From assembly GCF_009914755.1 (NCBI RefSeq), contig NC_060936.1: a stretch of 64,000 nt of DNA. One strand, written 5' to 3'. The notes below the pieces were generated by a model. The model was given only the letters and a program-made list of their open reading frames with translations, was not told where the DNA came from and ran no database searches. Each line of letters opens with the position of its first letter. Within the stretch, counting starts at the first letter, position 1. Shown here piece after piece: positions 33,497 to 51,400 of the stretch. The stretch comes from the human T2T-CHM13v2.0 reference genome, Homo sapiens. A program made the position numbers and the translations under genes.

Positions 33497-35287
33497 TTTA
33501 GAAGAAAACATAGAGCCTTGTGATATTGGCCTTGGATATTATTTCTTGGATATGATACAAAAGCATAGGCCACAAAAGCAAAAATACACGTGGGACTGCA
33601 TCAAACTACAAAGCTTCTGCTCAGCAAAGGAAACAATCAACAGAATGAAAAGGCAACCTACAGAATGGGAGAAAATATGCTGTGGTTGCTATGACTTGTT
33701 TGTCCCTACCAAAGCTCATATCGAAATTTGATCACCAGTGTGACAGTGCTGGGAGGTGGGGCCCCATGGAAGGTGTTTGGGTTATGGGTGTGAATCCCTC
33801 ATAAATAGGTAGGTGCTGCTTTCACAGTCTTGAATGAGACTGGATTAATTCTCTCAGAATGAGTTCATTCTATTAAGAGTGGGTTTTTATAAAGCTAGGG
33901 TGCCCCTCAGGTGTCCCTATGTTCACAAATGTCTGCTTCCACTTTCACTTTCTCTGCCACAATGTGAAACAGTATGAAAGCCCTTACCACAAGCCAGTAC
34001 CATGCTCTTGAGCTTCTCAGCTGGTAGAAGAGTGAGCTAAATAAACTTCTTTTTAAAAATAAGTTACCTACTCTCAGATATTCTTTTATTGCAACACAAA
34101 ATGGACTAAGATACTGTATACTATAAAGGTTAATTTCCAAAATATATAAGGAACTCCTACAAATCTTCAAAAATACTGCAAAAACTAAAAATAAATAAAA
34201 ATAAAAAATAGAAAATCAACCCAATTTAAAAATGGGCTAAGAACCTGAATAAGCATATCTCTAAGGACATACAAATGACCAACACACATATGAAAGGTGC
34301 TCAACATCACCAATCATCAGAGAAATGCAAATCCATACAAAAGATTAGCTCACGCCTGTTAGAATGCCTACTATCAAAAAACAAACGCAAAAGGAAGCAG
34401 TGTCAGTGAGGATGTAGAGAAAAGGAAACCCTTGTACACTGTTGCTAGGAATGCAAATTAGTGCAGCCACTGTGGAAAATAGTAGGAGGTTCCTCAAAAA
34501 TTAAAAGCAGCACTACTGTATGATCCAGCAATCCCACTTCTGGGTATATATCCAAAGAAAGAGACTGAAATCAGTATCTTGAAGAGATATCTGAACTCCC
34601 ATGTTTATTCTAGCATTATACACAAATAAGTCAAGATATTGAAGCAAATGAAGTGTCCATCAACAGATGAATAGATACAGAAAATGTTTTATATATATAT
34701 AAAATTTATACACACACACACACACACATATATATGTAAAACAATGGAATATTATTCAGCCTTAAAAAGGAAGAACATCCATCCATTTGCAACAAGATAG
34801 ATGAGCCTGGAAGACACTATATAAGTGAAATAAGACAGCCATAAAAAGATAAATACTACATATTGTAACTTACATGAGGATTCTAAAATAGTCAAAATTA
34901 TAGAAGCAGGGAGTAGAATGATGGTTTCCCGGGATTGAGGGGAAGAAGAAACTGGAAGGTATTATCAAGGAGCACAAAATTTCAGTTATGTAAGATGAAT
35001 AAGTCATAGAGATCTACTATATACAGTATAGTACCTATGGTTAACAATACTGCACTGTATATTTAAAAATCTGCTGAAAGGGTAAATCTTATGCTGTTTA
35101 TTATCACAAAAATATTAATAATAAATAAGCAGGGTAGGGGGAACCATTGTAAGTGACTAATATATGACATTGATTGTGGTGATGGTTTCATGGGTATATA
35201 CCTGTCTCCAGACTCATCATGATGTATACATTAAATATGTCCAGTTATTTGTATGCCAATTATACCTAATAAACTGGTTTAAAAAAA
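33497..35287 (+). mobile_element. Old L1 (L1MA/L1MB-type) ORF2 end and 3'UTR, interrupted by an MST LTR
   Basis: Peptide remnant [25 protein letters not shown], then typical L1M 3' sequence to an A-rich end. Confidence 0.85.
33678..34113 (+). mobile_element. MST-family (MaLR) solo LTR
   Basis: TGCTGTGGTT...TTTGTCCCTACCAAAGCTCAT...GGGAGGTGGGGCC...AATAAA...GCAACACAAAATGGACTAAGATA. Confidence 0.8.
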
Positions 35288-36921
35288 TTGTCATTTTACA
35301 AATGCATAACTTAAAGCTTCAACAATATAACCTCACTCGGCTAAATAGTGAAAAAGGTAAGACTAAAATGTAGGTGAGCTGACTCTAAAGCTTATGTTCA
35401 TTGTACAAGTTAATAACTGACAACTCGTTTTAAAGAAAAATGTAGATTTTTATGATGTTGTAGGTGAATTAAAATGATTGCATTCAACATTATAAATAAT
35501 AATGCCCAATACTTTTAATGTTCCCTAAAGTATAAATTTAAAAAGCATTGATTCTTCTGAAGTAACTATGAACATTTCTTTGAGTACACTTGTGCATTCT
35601 ACTATACTAATGTAGTAATGAAATACTATTTCAAGTTTATTAGTATTAATAATGATGCTGATGATCAATAAGGCTATAGCCAGGAATCAGGACATAGAAA
35701 ACATAAGATGAAGTTACACCAAGATTTTAAACAATATTGATAAAAATATTAAACTATAATTTCTAAGTATGAGAAATATGTATTGACTCATTGAAAGATA
35801 ATTCCAGATGTTATTGAATTAATTGTAAAAAGAGGGATAAAAATACCTAGACCACTAAATGACACATTCCCTTTCATTTACTAAGGCCTGGTAAAAGAAT
35901 TTTCCCGGCTCTTCCAACAAGAGAGTAGAACTGAAAGTGGAAAATATTTAGGATGCAGCCTGTCCATACTCAACCTGTGTCTTGGTATCTTGGCTCTACT
36001 TTGAAATAGAACAGATAGTACTGTATTCATGACACATTTACATAAAATCTGCTCAATAAACTCAAGATTTTGACAAAATAGCATGTTAATATCACCAAAA
36101 AGAACATGTATCTTATTGACTGTGAACTTCCTTTTTTCTTTCCTCCTTTATCATACAAAACATATATTATTTGAAACATTTACAAATTGAGACAAGTATA
36201 AATGATGATTAGACGATAATATAATTTAAAAAATCATTGTATCATTTTAACTAAAAAAATAGGATAGGTAATATCGCTGCATTTAAATAATTATGCTATA
36301 TTTTCTAAGGCACTGGGTAGTATATGCAAACTACTTTTATGTACATTATAGTATCAAACTTAATGTTATGGTAGTTAATTGCCAGGACTGGAAGATTTTT
36401 TTTTTTAAATAGTCTAGTGATTAGTTCACATTTTTTGGTTTATTGCCCTTCAAATACGAAAAGTAAAACACAGAGTAAGTAGTCAAGTGTCTTGATTAGA
36501 CAAAGTACAAATTAGTAGCAAAACCAAAACTTGAGTCTGATAGTCTTTAACAGCATTATATGTGGGCATGTTGGGGTATTTTTTAGATGAGAAAAGTGAG
36601 ACTGATATGACCGTGACATGCCCAGGGGGACAAAGACAATGAGCACAACAACAGAAAGGCTTCAATTTACATGTTTTTTAAATGACTTAAATTATAATAT
36701 TAGTGTTTAACTATTTCCACTCATCTGTTATTATAGTTCCTATTGTTATCTCACTGTTCTACTCCTGCCCCCAGAATCCCAAAGGTATGTAATCAGCTGT
36801 AATACCCAGTTTCTATCATTTGCTGACAATATCATATGATTCCCTGAGCATATTATCTCAACTATCTATCTATCTATCTATTGATCATCTATCTATATTT
36901 GAGAGATATAATATATACATA

Positions 36922-37069
36922 TATTTGAGACAAGGTCTTGCTCTGTTGCCCAGGCTGGAGTGCAGTGGCACAATAGCTCACGGCAGCCTTGAATTCCTGG
37001 GCTCAAGTGATCCTCCCACCTTGGCCTCCCAAAGGCTGAGATTACAGGCATGAGCCACCATGTCCCACC
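36922..37069 (-). mobile_element. Monomeric Alu (FAM-like or arm-recombined AluJ), preceded by (TATC)n/(TA)n
   Basis: A right-arm 3' end runs directly into a left-arm-type 5' end within about 150 nt. Confidence 0.75.
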
Positions 37070-38021
37070 AGAAATGTATTATGTAAATAAAGCTACAGAA
37101 TTTATCTAAAAGTTAAAAAGACAACTTTTTGAGATAATAAAATAAACTATGGCTCTCTCTATAAAAACTCTGGTCAATGTCAAAATGTTAAGCTTTTGGT
37201 ATTTGGGGTGAGTTTCTGTTCCTACAATCAAGCAGCAACTAAAAGTAAAGAGCACTAGAGGTAATCTAGGGAAAATTTTTTTCCTCTGGAAATACCAATT
37301 CCCAGAGATCTGCTGGCCCACATTAAACAGACAATATTGACTTCAGATTAAGCTGGTCATTGTTACTTTCAGTCTGGAGTGTCATAGCTATCACCCCATT
37401 TCTTGACAACAGTGAAATCATTAATCATGAGTCAATGGGTGCATCAGCAAATCACAACTGAAAGTAGCAATGTTCTAAAAATACAGAGTATGCACTCTCT
37501 GTAGTCATACTGCTAGCTGTAGTGGCAGCTAATCCTTTCTTCAAATGTGGACTTCCCAAGCTAACAAGAGATGGAACCAATATAAATTCTGGATTAATTA
37601 AATTAGAAAAATTGGGGAAAATATCTTATACAAATGGGGTAAACTCAAATGACAAGAAATATTCCTTCAGGATTACACACAGATCTTCAAAAATACTGCA
37701 AAAAAGTTTGCAGTAATTGAACTGATTGGTATAACTGACTATTCCTTATACTAATGCTTAAAAAGCAGTATTGATATTAGGTGTTATTTTAATACTTTCA
37801 ATTCCTTAAAAAGATTATTAAAATAACTAATTATACTTTTCAGACTATGAAATACAGTCTCTCTGGTCATAGGGCTAAGTACCTAAAATGATATTTTATG
37901 GGTTATAAAATTGTATAACACTTTTGCTACAATTACTTAAAAATTAATTAGTTAAGTACAATTTTAGATATAGCATTTGAAGTATGGAAGTATTTTCTAA
38001 ACCAAAGAAATATTTACTTAC

Positions 38022-38085
38022 CCTGCAACAGTTTAATTCCTCTGCTGTAAGTATGATTGTACCACATTTCTTCCCTGGAATTCCT
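38022..38085 (-). CDS. CPNE8: Copine-8 coding exon, 64 nt (probably exon 7), C2A-C2B linker and start of C2B: (V)GIPGKKCGTIILTAEELNCCR
   Basis: Minus strand tttttgttgttttag|A GGA ATT CCA GGG AAG AAA TGT...TGT TGC AGG|gtaagt. Starts in phase 2, ends in phase 0, and joins the next exon in frame. Peptide recognised as copine-8. Exon number is from memory. Confidence 0.95.
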
Positions 38086-38228
38086 CTAAAACAACAAAAA
38101 TATATTTATATACATTAATATGTTATATTAATACTATATAATATAAATTTATATATCATGTTTATTTTTATGTACTCTAATAAAGAGCATATAATAATAA
38201 CATGGTTCTTCCCTAACAAATATATTTT

Positions 38229-38393
38229 GAGTAGCTGGGATTACAGGCCCAGCTAAATTTTGTATGTTTTTTTAGCAGAGATGGGGTTTCGCCATGTTGG
38301 CCAAGCTGGTCTCAAACTCCTGACCTCCAGTGATCCGCTCCCCTCGGCCTCCCAAAGTGCCGGTATTACAGGCATGAGCTACCACACCCGGCC
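38229..38393 (-). mobile_element. Partial AluS (left arm plus start of right arm, no tail)
   Basis: GAGTAGCTGGGATTACAGGC...ACCACACCCGGCC, about 140 nt from the acceptor of the 64-nt exon. Confidence 0.85.
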
Positions 38394-38502
38394 CTCAATG
38401 AGACTAAACTTTCAACATAACTTTAAACATGTCGATCCTCTCCTCAAGAATCTTCAATATCTCCATATTGTCTAATATATAATAAAATATAAGATAATGT
38501 AA

Positions 38503-40149
38503 TAGTTATGCATCATCTAATTATGTTTCAGTAAGAAACAGATTGCATATACATTGGTGGCCCCATAACATTATAATGGAGCTGAAAACTTTCTACTGCC
38601 TAATGATGTAATATCTTAGCACAGAGCATTACTCATGTGTTGGTGTAATGCTGAGGCAAACAAATCTACTGTGCTGCCAGTCATACAAAGTATGTATGTA
38701 CAGTCCATAATACTTGACAATGATAGTAAACATCAAATATGTTACTGTTTATGTATTTTCTATACTATACTTTTTATCATTATTTCAAAGTGTATTTCTT
38801 CTACACATACCAAAAAAAAAAAAACAAAGCTAACTGTAAAAACAGCCTCATTTAGGTCCTGCAGATGTTCCAAAAGAAGGCACTGTTATCACAGGAGACA
38901 ACAGCTCCATGCATGGTACTGCCCCTGAAGGTTTTCCAGTGGGACAAGATGTGGAGGTGGAAGACAGGGATACTGAGGATCCTGACCCTGTGTAGGCCTA
39001 GGTAAATGTATAACTTTGTGTCTTAGTTTTTAACAAAAAAAAGTTTAAAAAGTAAAAATAAATAAATAACTTAAAAACAGAAAAAAGATTACTGAATAAG
39101 GATATAAAGAAAGGAAATATTTTTGTACAGCTGTGCAATGTGTTTGTGTTCTAGATAAGTGTTATTATTAAAACATTTTAAAAAGTTTAAAATATTTTAA
39201 AGTAAAAACATTATAGTAAGTTAAGGTTAATTTATTATTGAAGAAAGAAAAATAGTTTTAAATAAATTTAGTGTAGCCTAACTATACAGTGTTTATAAAG
39301 CCTACAGTAGTATAATGTCTCAGGGCCTCACATTCACTCACCACTCACTTAGACTCACCCAGAGCAACTTCCATTCCTGTAAGCTTCATTCATGGTAAGT
39401 ACCCTACACAGGTATACCATTTTATATGTTTACTTATGTTTAGATACACAAATACTGATGTTACAATTACCTGTTCAGTGAGGTAACATGCTGTACACAT
39501 TTGTAGCCTAGGAACAAGAGGTTATACCATATAGCCTAGGTATGTAGTAGGCTAGACCAGGGGTCTGCAACCCCAGGGCTGCAGAGCACGAGATGAGTGG
39601 CAGGCACCAGCAAGCTGAGCCTCATCTGTTTTCACAGCAGCTCCCCATCGCTGGCATTACTACCTGAGCTCTGCCTCTTGTCAGATCAGCAGCAGCATTA
39701 GATTCTCATAGGAACGTGAACCCTATTGTGAACTGAGAGGGACCTAAGTTGCATATGCTTCTTATGAGAATCTAATGCCTGATGATCTGTCATGGTCTCC
39801 CATCACCCCCACATGGGACCATCTACTTGCAGGAAAACAAGCTCAGGGGTCCCACTGATTCTACATGACATTGAGTTGTATAATTATTTCATTATAATAT
39901 AATAATAATAGAAATAAAGTGTACAATAAATGTAATGCACTTGAATCATCCCGAAACTACCCCCAAACCCCCAGTGCATGGAAAAATGATCTTCCACAAA
40001 ACCGCTCCTTGGTACCAAAAAGGTTGGGGACTTCTGGGTTAGACCATCTAGGTTTGTGTAAGTACAGCCTATGGTGGTTTCACAACAATGAAATCACCTA
40101 AGGAAGCATGTCTCGGGACATATCACTGTTGCTAAGTAGTGCATGACTA
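38503..40149. mobile_element. Tigger3/GOLEM-type TcMar DNA transposon remnant (Tigger3b-like)
   Basis: Left end TAGTTATGCATCA...GGTGGCCCCATAACATTATAATGGAGCTGAAAA, right end TAAGTAGTGCATGACTATA. Confidence 0.8.
39558..40036. mobile_element. MER1A-like hAT-Charlie element nested in the Tigger3 remnant
   Basis: Ends CAGGGGTCTGCAACC / GGTTGGGGACTTCTG. 8-bp TSD GGCTAGAC (39550-39557) / GGTTAGAC (40037-40044). Confidence 0.85.
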
Positions 40150-40889
40150 TAGAACAAAATGTTCTCATGGTTTCTAAGTTTTTTAGTATGTTATTAAAAC
40201 CTATCTAAAACTATGGGTTTCACTGTTCCCTCTCCTTTCATCAACTCGGTGACATTTTGTGCTTATTTCTTCTTTGTGTTCACTCCCATGCCTTGATAAA
40301 CTATAGCTTGTTAACTGTTCCCTATTTCGCCTCAAACTTTCCATATCCCCAAATTGGATATGGAACAAGTTCCATTTGTTCCAAGAAAACCTTATCCTAG
40401 GCAGCCTTACACAAAGCTCAGCCTTTTCTGCTTTCCTATTGATGTTAAAGTCAATACTGCAAGGTTTAGCACTTAATTATTCCTTAACTGTTAAAAGGAC
40501 AAATTGTTAACCTTTCTTTTCTCAAGTTGATTATGCTTTCTGTAAGAGCAATATTCACGACATAAACCTCTTGTAAGCACAGAGTTAAATGTCTGTATAC
40601 AGCAGGTGTTTAGTTTATAGGTAAGTATGTAATATACAGTCATGCATTGCTTAATTCTTGTTTCCACCATGTATTTACTCTTAACCAGGGTCATTGCACA
40701 TGTCAAGATCTTCCATCTTCCCTAGGTCCTTATGACTAAGAACTCAATATAGCATGGCACATTTTGTCTTATATTACTACATTATCGTTTTCAGCATCCT
40801 TCCAGCATCCTTAATCAGTTAATTTTTCTAATTCAGCTGTACCTTTCTCTTCTTCTTTCTATTTGTGAACTATGAGTTTAATATATTCA

Positions 40890-44820
<3,931 letters not shown>

Positions 44821-46696
44821 AAGATCAATTTTAAAGATTGCTTCTTTTAACTGTATTCTTACATTTTGAGAGACATAGAATAATAAAACTCATCCACATT
44901 ACAGTTAAACATGATCTCAAGAGATTATTAGAGATGAGTAATCCTTCACAAAATTTAGGACATAGATAAGACTGGTGGAAGGCGGAGCAAGATGATGAAA
45001 TAGAGGGCTCCATTGATCATCCCTCCTGCAAAGACAACTATCTATATTTTAACAACTATCTATACACACACACAAAGCATCTTCATAAGAACTGAAAATC
45101 AGATGAGCACTCACAGTACCTGGCTTTAACTTCATATCATCAAAAGAGGCACTGAAGAACTAAGAAAATCAGTCTTGAATCACCAGTGTCACCCCTCCCT
45201 AATCCCCTTGCAGCTACACTGTGGTGCTGAGAACATTTCCGTGTGCTGGGGAGAGGGGAGTGCAGCAATGGTGAGGTATTGAACTCAGTGCTGCCCTGTT
45301 ATAGCAGAAAGTAAAACCAAACCAAACTCAGCTGATGCCCACCCACAGAGGGAGCATTTAAACTAGTCTTACTACAGTCACACAGTTCTAGTGATGATAG
45401 CCAAAGACAGGCTTGTGTCACCGCATCCCAAGCTTCAGGTGGCTCAGAACAAAGAAAGAGAGACCCTGTTTGTTTGGGAGAAAGTAAGGAAATAGAACAA
45501 GAGTCTCTGCCAGGTAATCCAAAGAACTCTTACAGATTTTGTCCAAGACTATCAAGGCAGTATCTCTACTAGTCTGCAAGAACCACAGCATTGGTGGGCT
45601 TTGGCCCCTAAAGTAGATACAGTTTAGATCACAACACTCGAGTTTTCTGAAATATCTGGAAAGTCTTGCCAAGAAGAATGGGTACCAACAAGCCCAGACA
45701 GTGAAGACTAAAATAAATACCTAACTCTTCAATGCTTCAATGTTCAATGAACATCTACAAGTATCAAGACCATTAGGAAAACATGACCTTAACAAATGAA
45801 CTAAATAAAGCACCAGGAACCAAGCCTGGAGAAACAGAGATATGTGAGCATACAGACAGAGAAGTAAAAATAGCTGTTTTGAGGGAACTCAAATTGAAGA
45901 TGACACAGAAAGTAATTCAGAATTCTATCAAATAAATGTAACAAAAAATTAAAATAATTTAAAAGCATCAAACAAAAATTCTGGAGCTAAAAATACAATT
46001 GGCATACTGAAGAATGCATCAGTCTTTTAATGGCAGAGTTGATCATGCAGAATAAAGAATTAGTGAGCTTGAAGACAAGCTATTTGAAAACGGACATTCA
46101 GAGAAGACAAAAGAAAAAAGAATGAAAAACAAAAAAGCATGCCTACAGGATCTAGAAAAAAGCCCCCAAAGGGCAAATCTAAAAGCTACTGGCCTTTTAA
46201 AAAGGAGGCAAAAAAGAGACAGGAGGAGTAGAAAGTTTATTCAAAGAGATAATAACTGAGAACTTCCCAGACCTAGAGAAAGATACCAATACCCAAGGAT
46301 AAAAAAGTTATACTACACCAAACAGATTTAACCCAAAGAAGACTACCTCAAGGCATGTAGTAATCAAACTCCCAAAGGTTAAGGATAAAGGAAGAATCCC
46401 AAAAGCAGCAAGAGAAAGAAACAAACACCACACAAAGTGGCTCCAATATGTCCGGCAGCAGACTTTTCAGTGAAATCTTTCCAGGACACAAAAGAGTGGC
46501 ATGACATATATAAAATGCTGAAGGAAAAAAAAAACTTTTTACCCTGGAATAATATACCTGGTGAAAGTATCCTTCAAACATGAATAACACATAAAGAATT
46601 TCTCAGACAAACAAAATCTTAGGGATTTCATCAACACAAGACCTCTCCTATGAGAAATGCTAAAGAGAATATCTCAAATCAGAAAGAAAAGGACCT

Positions 46697-46989
46697 TGCC
46701 TGGTGCGGTGGCTCACGTCTATAATTCCAGCACTTTGGGAGGCTGAGGTGGGCAGATCACCTGAGGTCAGGTGTTTGAGACCAGCCTGGCCAACATGGTG
46801 AAACCCCGTCTCTACTAAAAACACAAAAATTAGCTGGGTGCGATGGCACGTGCCTGTAGTTCCAGCTATTCAGAAGGCTGAGGCAAGATAATCGCTTGAA
46901 ACCAGGAGGAGGAGGTTGCAGAGATCGTGCCACTGCACTCCAGCCTGGATGACAGAGTGAGACTCTGTCTCTGAAAAAAAAAAAAAAAA
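46697..46989 (+). mobile_element. AluSx-like, nested in the L1MA
   Basis: GATCACCTGAGGTCAGG. TSD core AAAAGGACC. Confidence 0.92.
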
Positions 46990-47155
46990 GGACCCATTAA
47001 GGAGCAATAAGAAATCATCTGAAGGTACAAAACTCACTGACTCACTGATAGTAGCAAGTACACAGAATATTATAACACTATAACTGTGTAACTGTGGTGT
47101 GTAAAATAATCTTAAGTAGAAAGACTAAAAAATTAACCAATAAAAAAAAAAAACA

Positions 47156-47502
47156 TGATATGGTTTGGCTGTGTCCCCACCCAAATCTCATCTTGAATTA
47201 TAGCTCCCATAATTCCCACATGTTGTGGAGGGACCTGGTGGGAGGTAATTGAATCATGAAGGCAGGTATTTCCCAGGCTGTTCTTGTGATAGTGAATAAG
47301 TCTTAGAAGATCTGATGATTTTATAAAGGGGAGTTCCCCTGCACATATTCTCTCCATGTAAAATATGACTTTGCTAATCATTCACCTTCCACTAAGATTG
47401 TGAGGCCTCCCCAGCCACGTGGAACTATGAGTCAATTAAACTTCTTTCCTTTATAATTTACTCAAGCTCAGGTATGTCTTTATTAGCACCATGAGACATA
47501 CA
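47156..47502 (+). mobile_element. THE1 (B-like) solo LTR nested in the L1MA
   Basis: TGATATGGTTTGGCTGTGTCCCCACCCAAATCTCATCTTGAATT...GGTATGTCTTTATTAGCA. Confidence 0.9.
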
Positions 47503-48007
47503 AGAAGACATATATAGACACAACAAAAAGTTAAAAAGCAGAGGAACAAAGTTAAAGCATAGAATTTAAGAGTTGTCTTTTTGCTTACTTCCTTGTTTAT
47601 GCAAACAGTGTTAAGTTGTTAAAAGGCTGAAATAATGAGTTATAAGATAATATCTGCAAGCCTCTTAGTAACCACAAACAAGAAAATACAAGAGATACAA
47701 AAAATAACAAAGAAAAGCAAAACACTAGATCATATCAACAGAGAAAATCACCTTCAACAAATGGAAGAAGGAAGGAAAGAAAGAAGAGAACACAAAACAA
47801 CTAGAAAAAAAATAAGAAAATGACAGGTGAAAGTCCTTACTTATCAATAATAACACTAAATGCAAATAAACTAAACCCTCCAATCAAAAGACACAGAGAG
47901 GCTGAATGGATTAAAAAACAAAGCCCAATGTTCTGTTGCCTAGAAGAAACACACTTAACTTATAAAGACAAGCACACACTGAAAATAAAGGGATGAAAAA
48001 AGATAAC

Positions 48008-48431
48008 TGTGATGGTTAATACTGAGTGTCAACTTGATTGGATTGAAGGATACAAAGTATTGATCCTGGGTGTGTGTGTGAGGGTGCTGCCAAAAGAGAT
48101 TAACATTTGGGTCAGTGGGCTGAGAAAGGCAGACCCACCCTTACTCTGGGTGAGCACAATCTCATCAGCTGCCTGTGCAGATAGAATGTAAGTAGGCAGA
48201 AAAATGTGTAAAGAGAGACCGGCCTAACCTCCCAGCCTACATCTTTCTCTCCTGCTGGATACTTCTTGCCCTGGAACATCAGACTCCAAGTTCTTCAGTT
48301 TTGGAACTTGGACTGGCTCTCCTTGATCCTCAGCCTGCAGATGGCCTATTATGGGACTTTGTGATCGTGTGAGTTATTAATATATATATATTCCATTAGT
48401 TCTGTCCCAATAGAGGACCCTGATTAATACA
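48008..48431 (+). mobile_element. MLT2A-like (ERVL) solo LTR nested in L1MA ORF2
   Basis: TGTGATGGTTAATACTGAGTGTCAACTTGATTGGATTGAAGGAT...TAATACA. 5-bp TSD ATAAC/ATATC. Strand follows the recalled consensus orientation. Confidence 0.88.
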
Positions 48432-51400
48432 ATATCCCATGCAAATGGAAACCAAATAAGAGTAGGAGCAGGTATACTTATATCAGACAAAATAGGTTTC
48501 AAGACAAAAACTATCAAAAGAGACAAAGAAGGTCACTATATAAAGATAAAGGGGTCAATTAAGCAAGGGAGTCTAGCAATTTTAAATACATACCCACCTA
48601 ACAATGGAGCTTGCAGATACATAAAACAAATATTATCAGAGCTAAAGACAGAGACAGATCCCAATACAATTATACTGGAGACTGGAACACCCAATTTTAA
48701 ATACATATGCGCCCAACACTGAAGCATCCAGATATATAACACAAATATTATCAGAGATAAAGAGAGAAACAGATCCCAATACAATAATAGCTGAAGACTT
48801 GAACATCCCATTTCCAGGACTGGACAGATCTTCTAGACAGAATATCAACAAAGCAACATTGGACTTAATCTATAGATAGACCAAATGAACCTAATAGACA
48901 TATAGAGAACCTTTTCATCCAACAGCTGCAGAATACACATCATGTTCCTCATCACATGGATCATTCTCAAGGATGGACCATATTTTATGTCACAAAACAA
49001 GTCTAAAAACATTCAAAAAATTGAAATAATATTAAGCATTTTCTCTGACTACAATGTAATAAAACTAGATATCAACCACAAGGGGAATTTGAGAAAATAT
49101 AGAAACACATGAAAATTTAAAATATGCTCCTGAAATGAATGGTGGGTCAGAAATTAAGAAGAAAATTGAAAATTTTTCTTGAAAAATTGATAAGGGAAGC
49201 ACAACATATCAAACCTATGGGATACAGAAAATGCAGTACTAAGAAGTTTATAGCTGTAAGTGCTTCCATTAAAAAAAAAAAAAAGAAAAACTTCAAATGA
49301 ACAATCTAACAATGCATCTTAAAGAATTAGAAAAGCAAGAGCAAATCAAACACAAAATTAGTAGAAGGTAAGAAATAATAAAGATCAAAGCAGAAATAAA
49401 TGAAATTGAAATTACAAAAATACAAAAGCTCAATGAAACAAAGTTAGGTTTTTGAAAAGTTAAACAAAATCAACAAACCTTTAGGCAGACTAATAAATAA
49501 AAAGAGAAGAGCCAAATAAATAAAATCAGAGATGAAAGACAAGACATTACAACTGATACTGCAGAAATTCAAAGAATCATTAGCAGCTAACATAAGCACC
49601 TATATGCCAATAAGTTAAGAAATCTACAAGAAATGAACAAATACCTAGACATATACAATCTACCATGATTGAAACTTGAAGAAATCCAAAACCTGAACAG
49701 AACAATAACAAGTAAGGAAAGTAAGGAGACTGAAGTCATAATAAAAAGTCTCCCAGAAAAAAAAAAAAAAAAAAAAGCCCAGGACCCAATGGCTTCACTG
49801 ATAAATTCCACCAAACACTTAAAGAAAAACTAATACCAATCTTATTCGAAATATTTTTAAAACAGAGAAGTAGGGAATAGGTCCAAACTCATTCTACAAG
49901 GCCAATATTACCCTGATAACAAAAGCAGACAAAGACACATCAAAAAAAGAAAGCTACAGGCCAATATCTCTGATGAATATTGATTCAAAAAACCTTAACA
50001 AAATACTAGAAAACTGAATTCAACAATACATTAAGAAGATTATTCATCATGATCAAGTAAGATTTATCCTTGGAATGCAAGGATGGTTCGACATATGCAA
50101 AACAATCAATGTGATAAATCAGATCAACAAAATAAAGACCAAAACCATATCATTTCAATTGATGCTGAAAAACCATTTGATCAAATTGAACATCTCTTCA
50201 TCAAAAAAACCTTTAAAAAGTGGGTATAAAAGAAACATATTTCAACATAATAAAAGCCATTTATGATAGACCCACAGGTAGTATCATACTGAATAGGTAA
50301 ATACTGAAAGCCTTTCCTCTAAGATCTGGAACACAATAAGATGCCTACTTTCACCACTGTTATTCAACATAGTACTGGAAGTTCTAGCTAGAGGAATCAG
50401 ACAAAAGACAAGAGAAAGGTATAGAAGGCATCCAAATCAAAAAGAAAGGAGTCAAATTGTACTTGTTTGCAGATTATATGGTCTTATATTTAGAAAAACC
50501 TGAAGATGCCACACAAAAAAACTATTAGAATTGATAATTCAGTAAATTGAAGGATATAAAATCAACGTAAAAATCAGTAGAATTTCTGTATGCCAAAGTG
50601 AATAATTTGAAAAAGAAATAAAGAAGTAACCCTATTTACAGTAGCCACAAAAAAAATTAAATACCTGGGAATTAGCCAAAGAAGTAAAAGATGACTGTAA
50701 TAAAAACTATAGAACACTGATGAAAGATAATTAAAGAGGACACCAAAAAATGAAAAGATATTCCATGTTTATGGATTGGAATAATTCAAATTGTTAAAAT
50801 GTGTATCCTACCCTAAGCATTCTACAGTTTCAATGCAATCCCTATCAAAATACCAATGGATTCTTCACATAAATAGGAAAAACAATCCTAAAATATATAT
50901 GGAACCACAAAAGACCCAGAATAGCCAAAACTATCCTAAGCAAAAAGAACAAAACTGGAGAAATTACATTACCTGACTTTGAATTATACTACAGACCTAT
51001 AGTAACCAAAATAGCATAGTACTGGCATAAAAGTAGACACATAGCCCAATGGAACAAAATAGAGAACCCAGAAACCAACCTATACACCTCCAGTGAACTC
51101 ATTTTCAACAGAGGTGCCAAAAACATATACTGGGGAAAAGACAGTCTGTTCAATAAATGGTAGTGGGAAAACTCTATATCCATATGCAAAAGAATGAAAC
51201 TAGACCCCTATCTTTTGCTATATACAAAAATCAAATCAAAATGGATTACTTAAACAAAAGTCCTCAAATTATGAAACTATGAAAAAAGGAAAACTTTTGG
51301 GAAAGTCTCCAGGACATTGGTCTGAGCAAAAATTTCTTAGGTAATATCCCATTGGCAATCAAAGAAAAAATGGACAAATCAGATCACATCAAGTTAAAAA

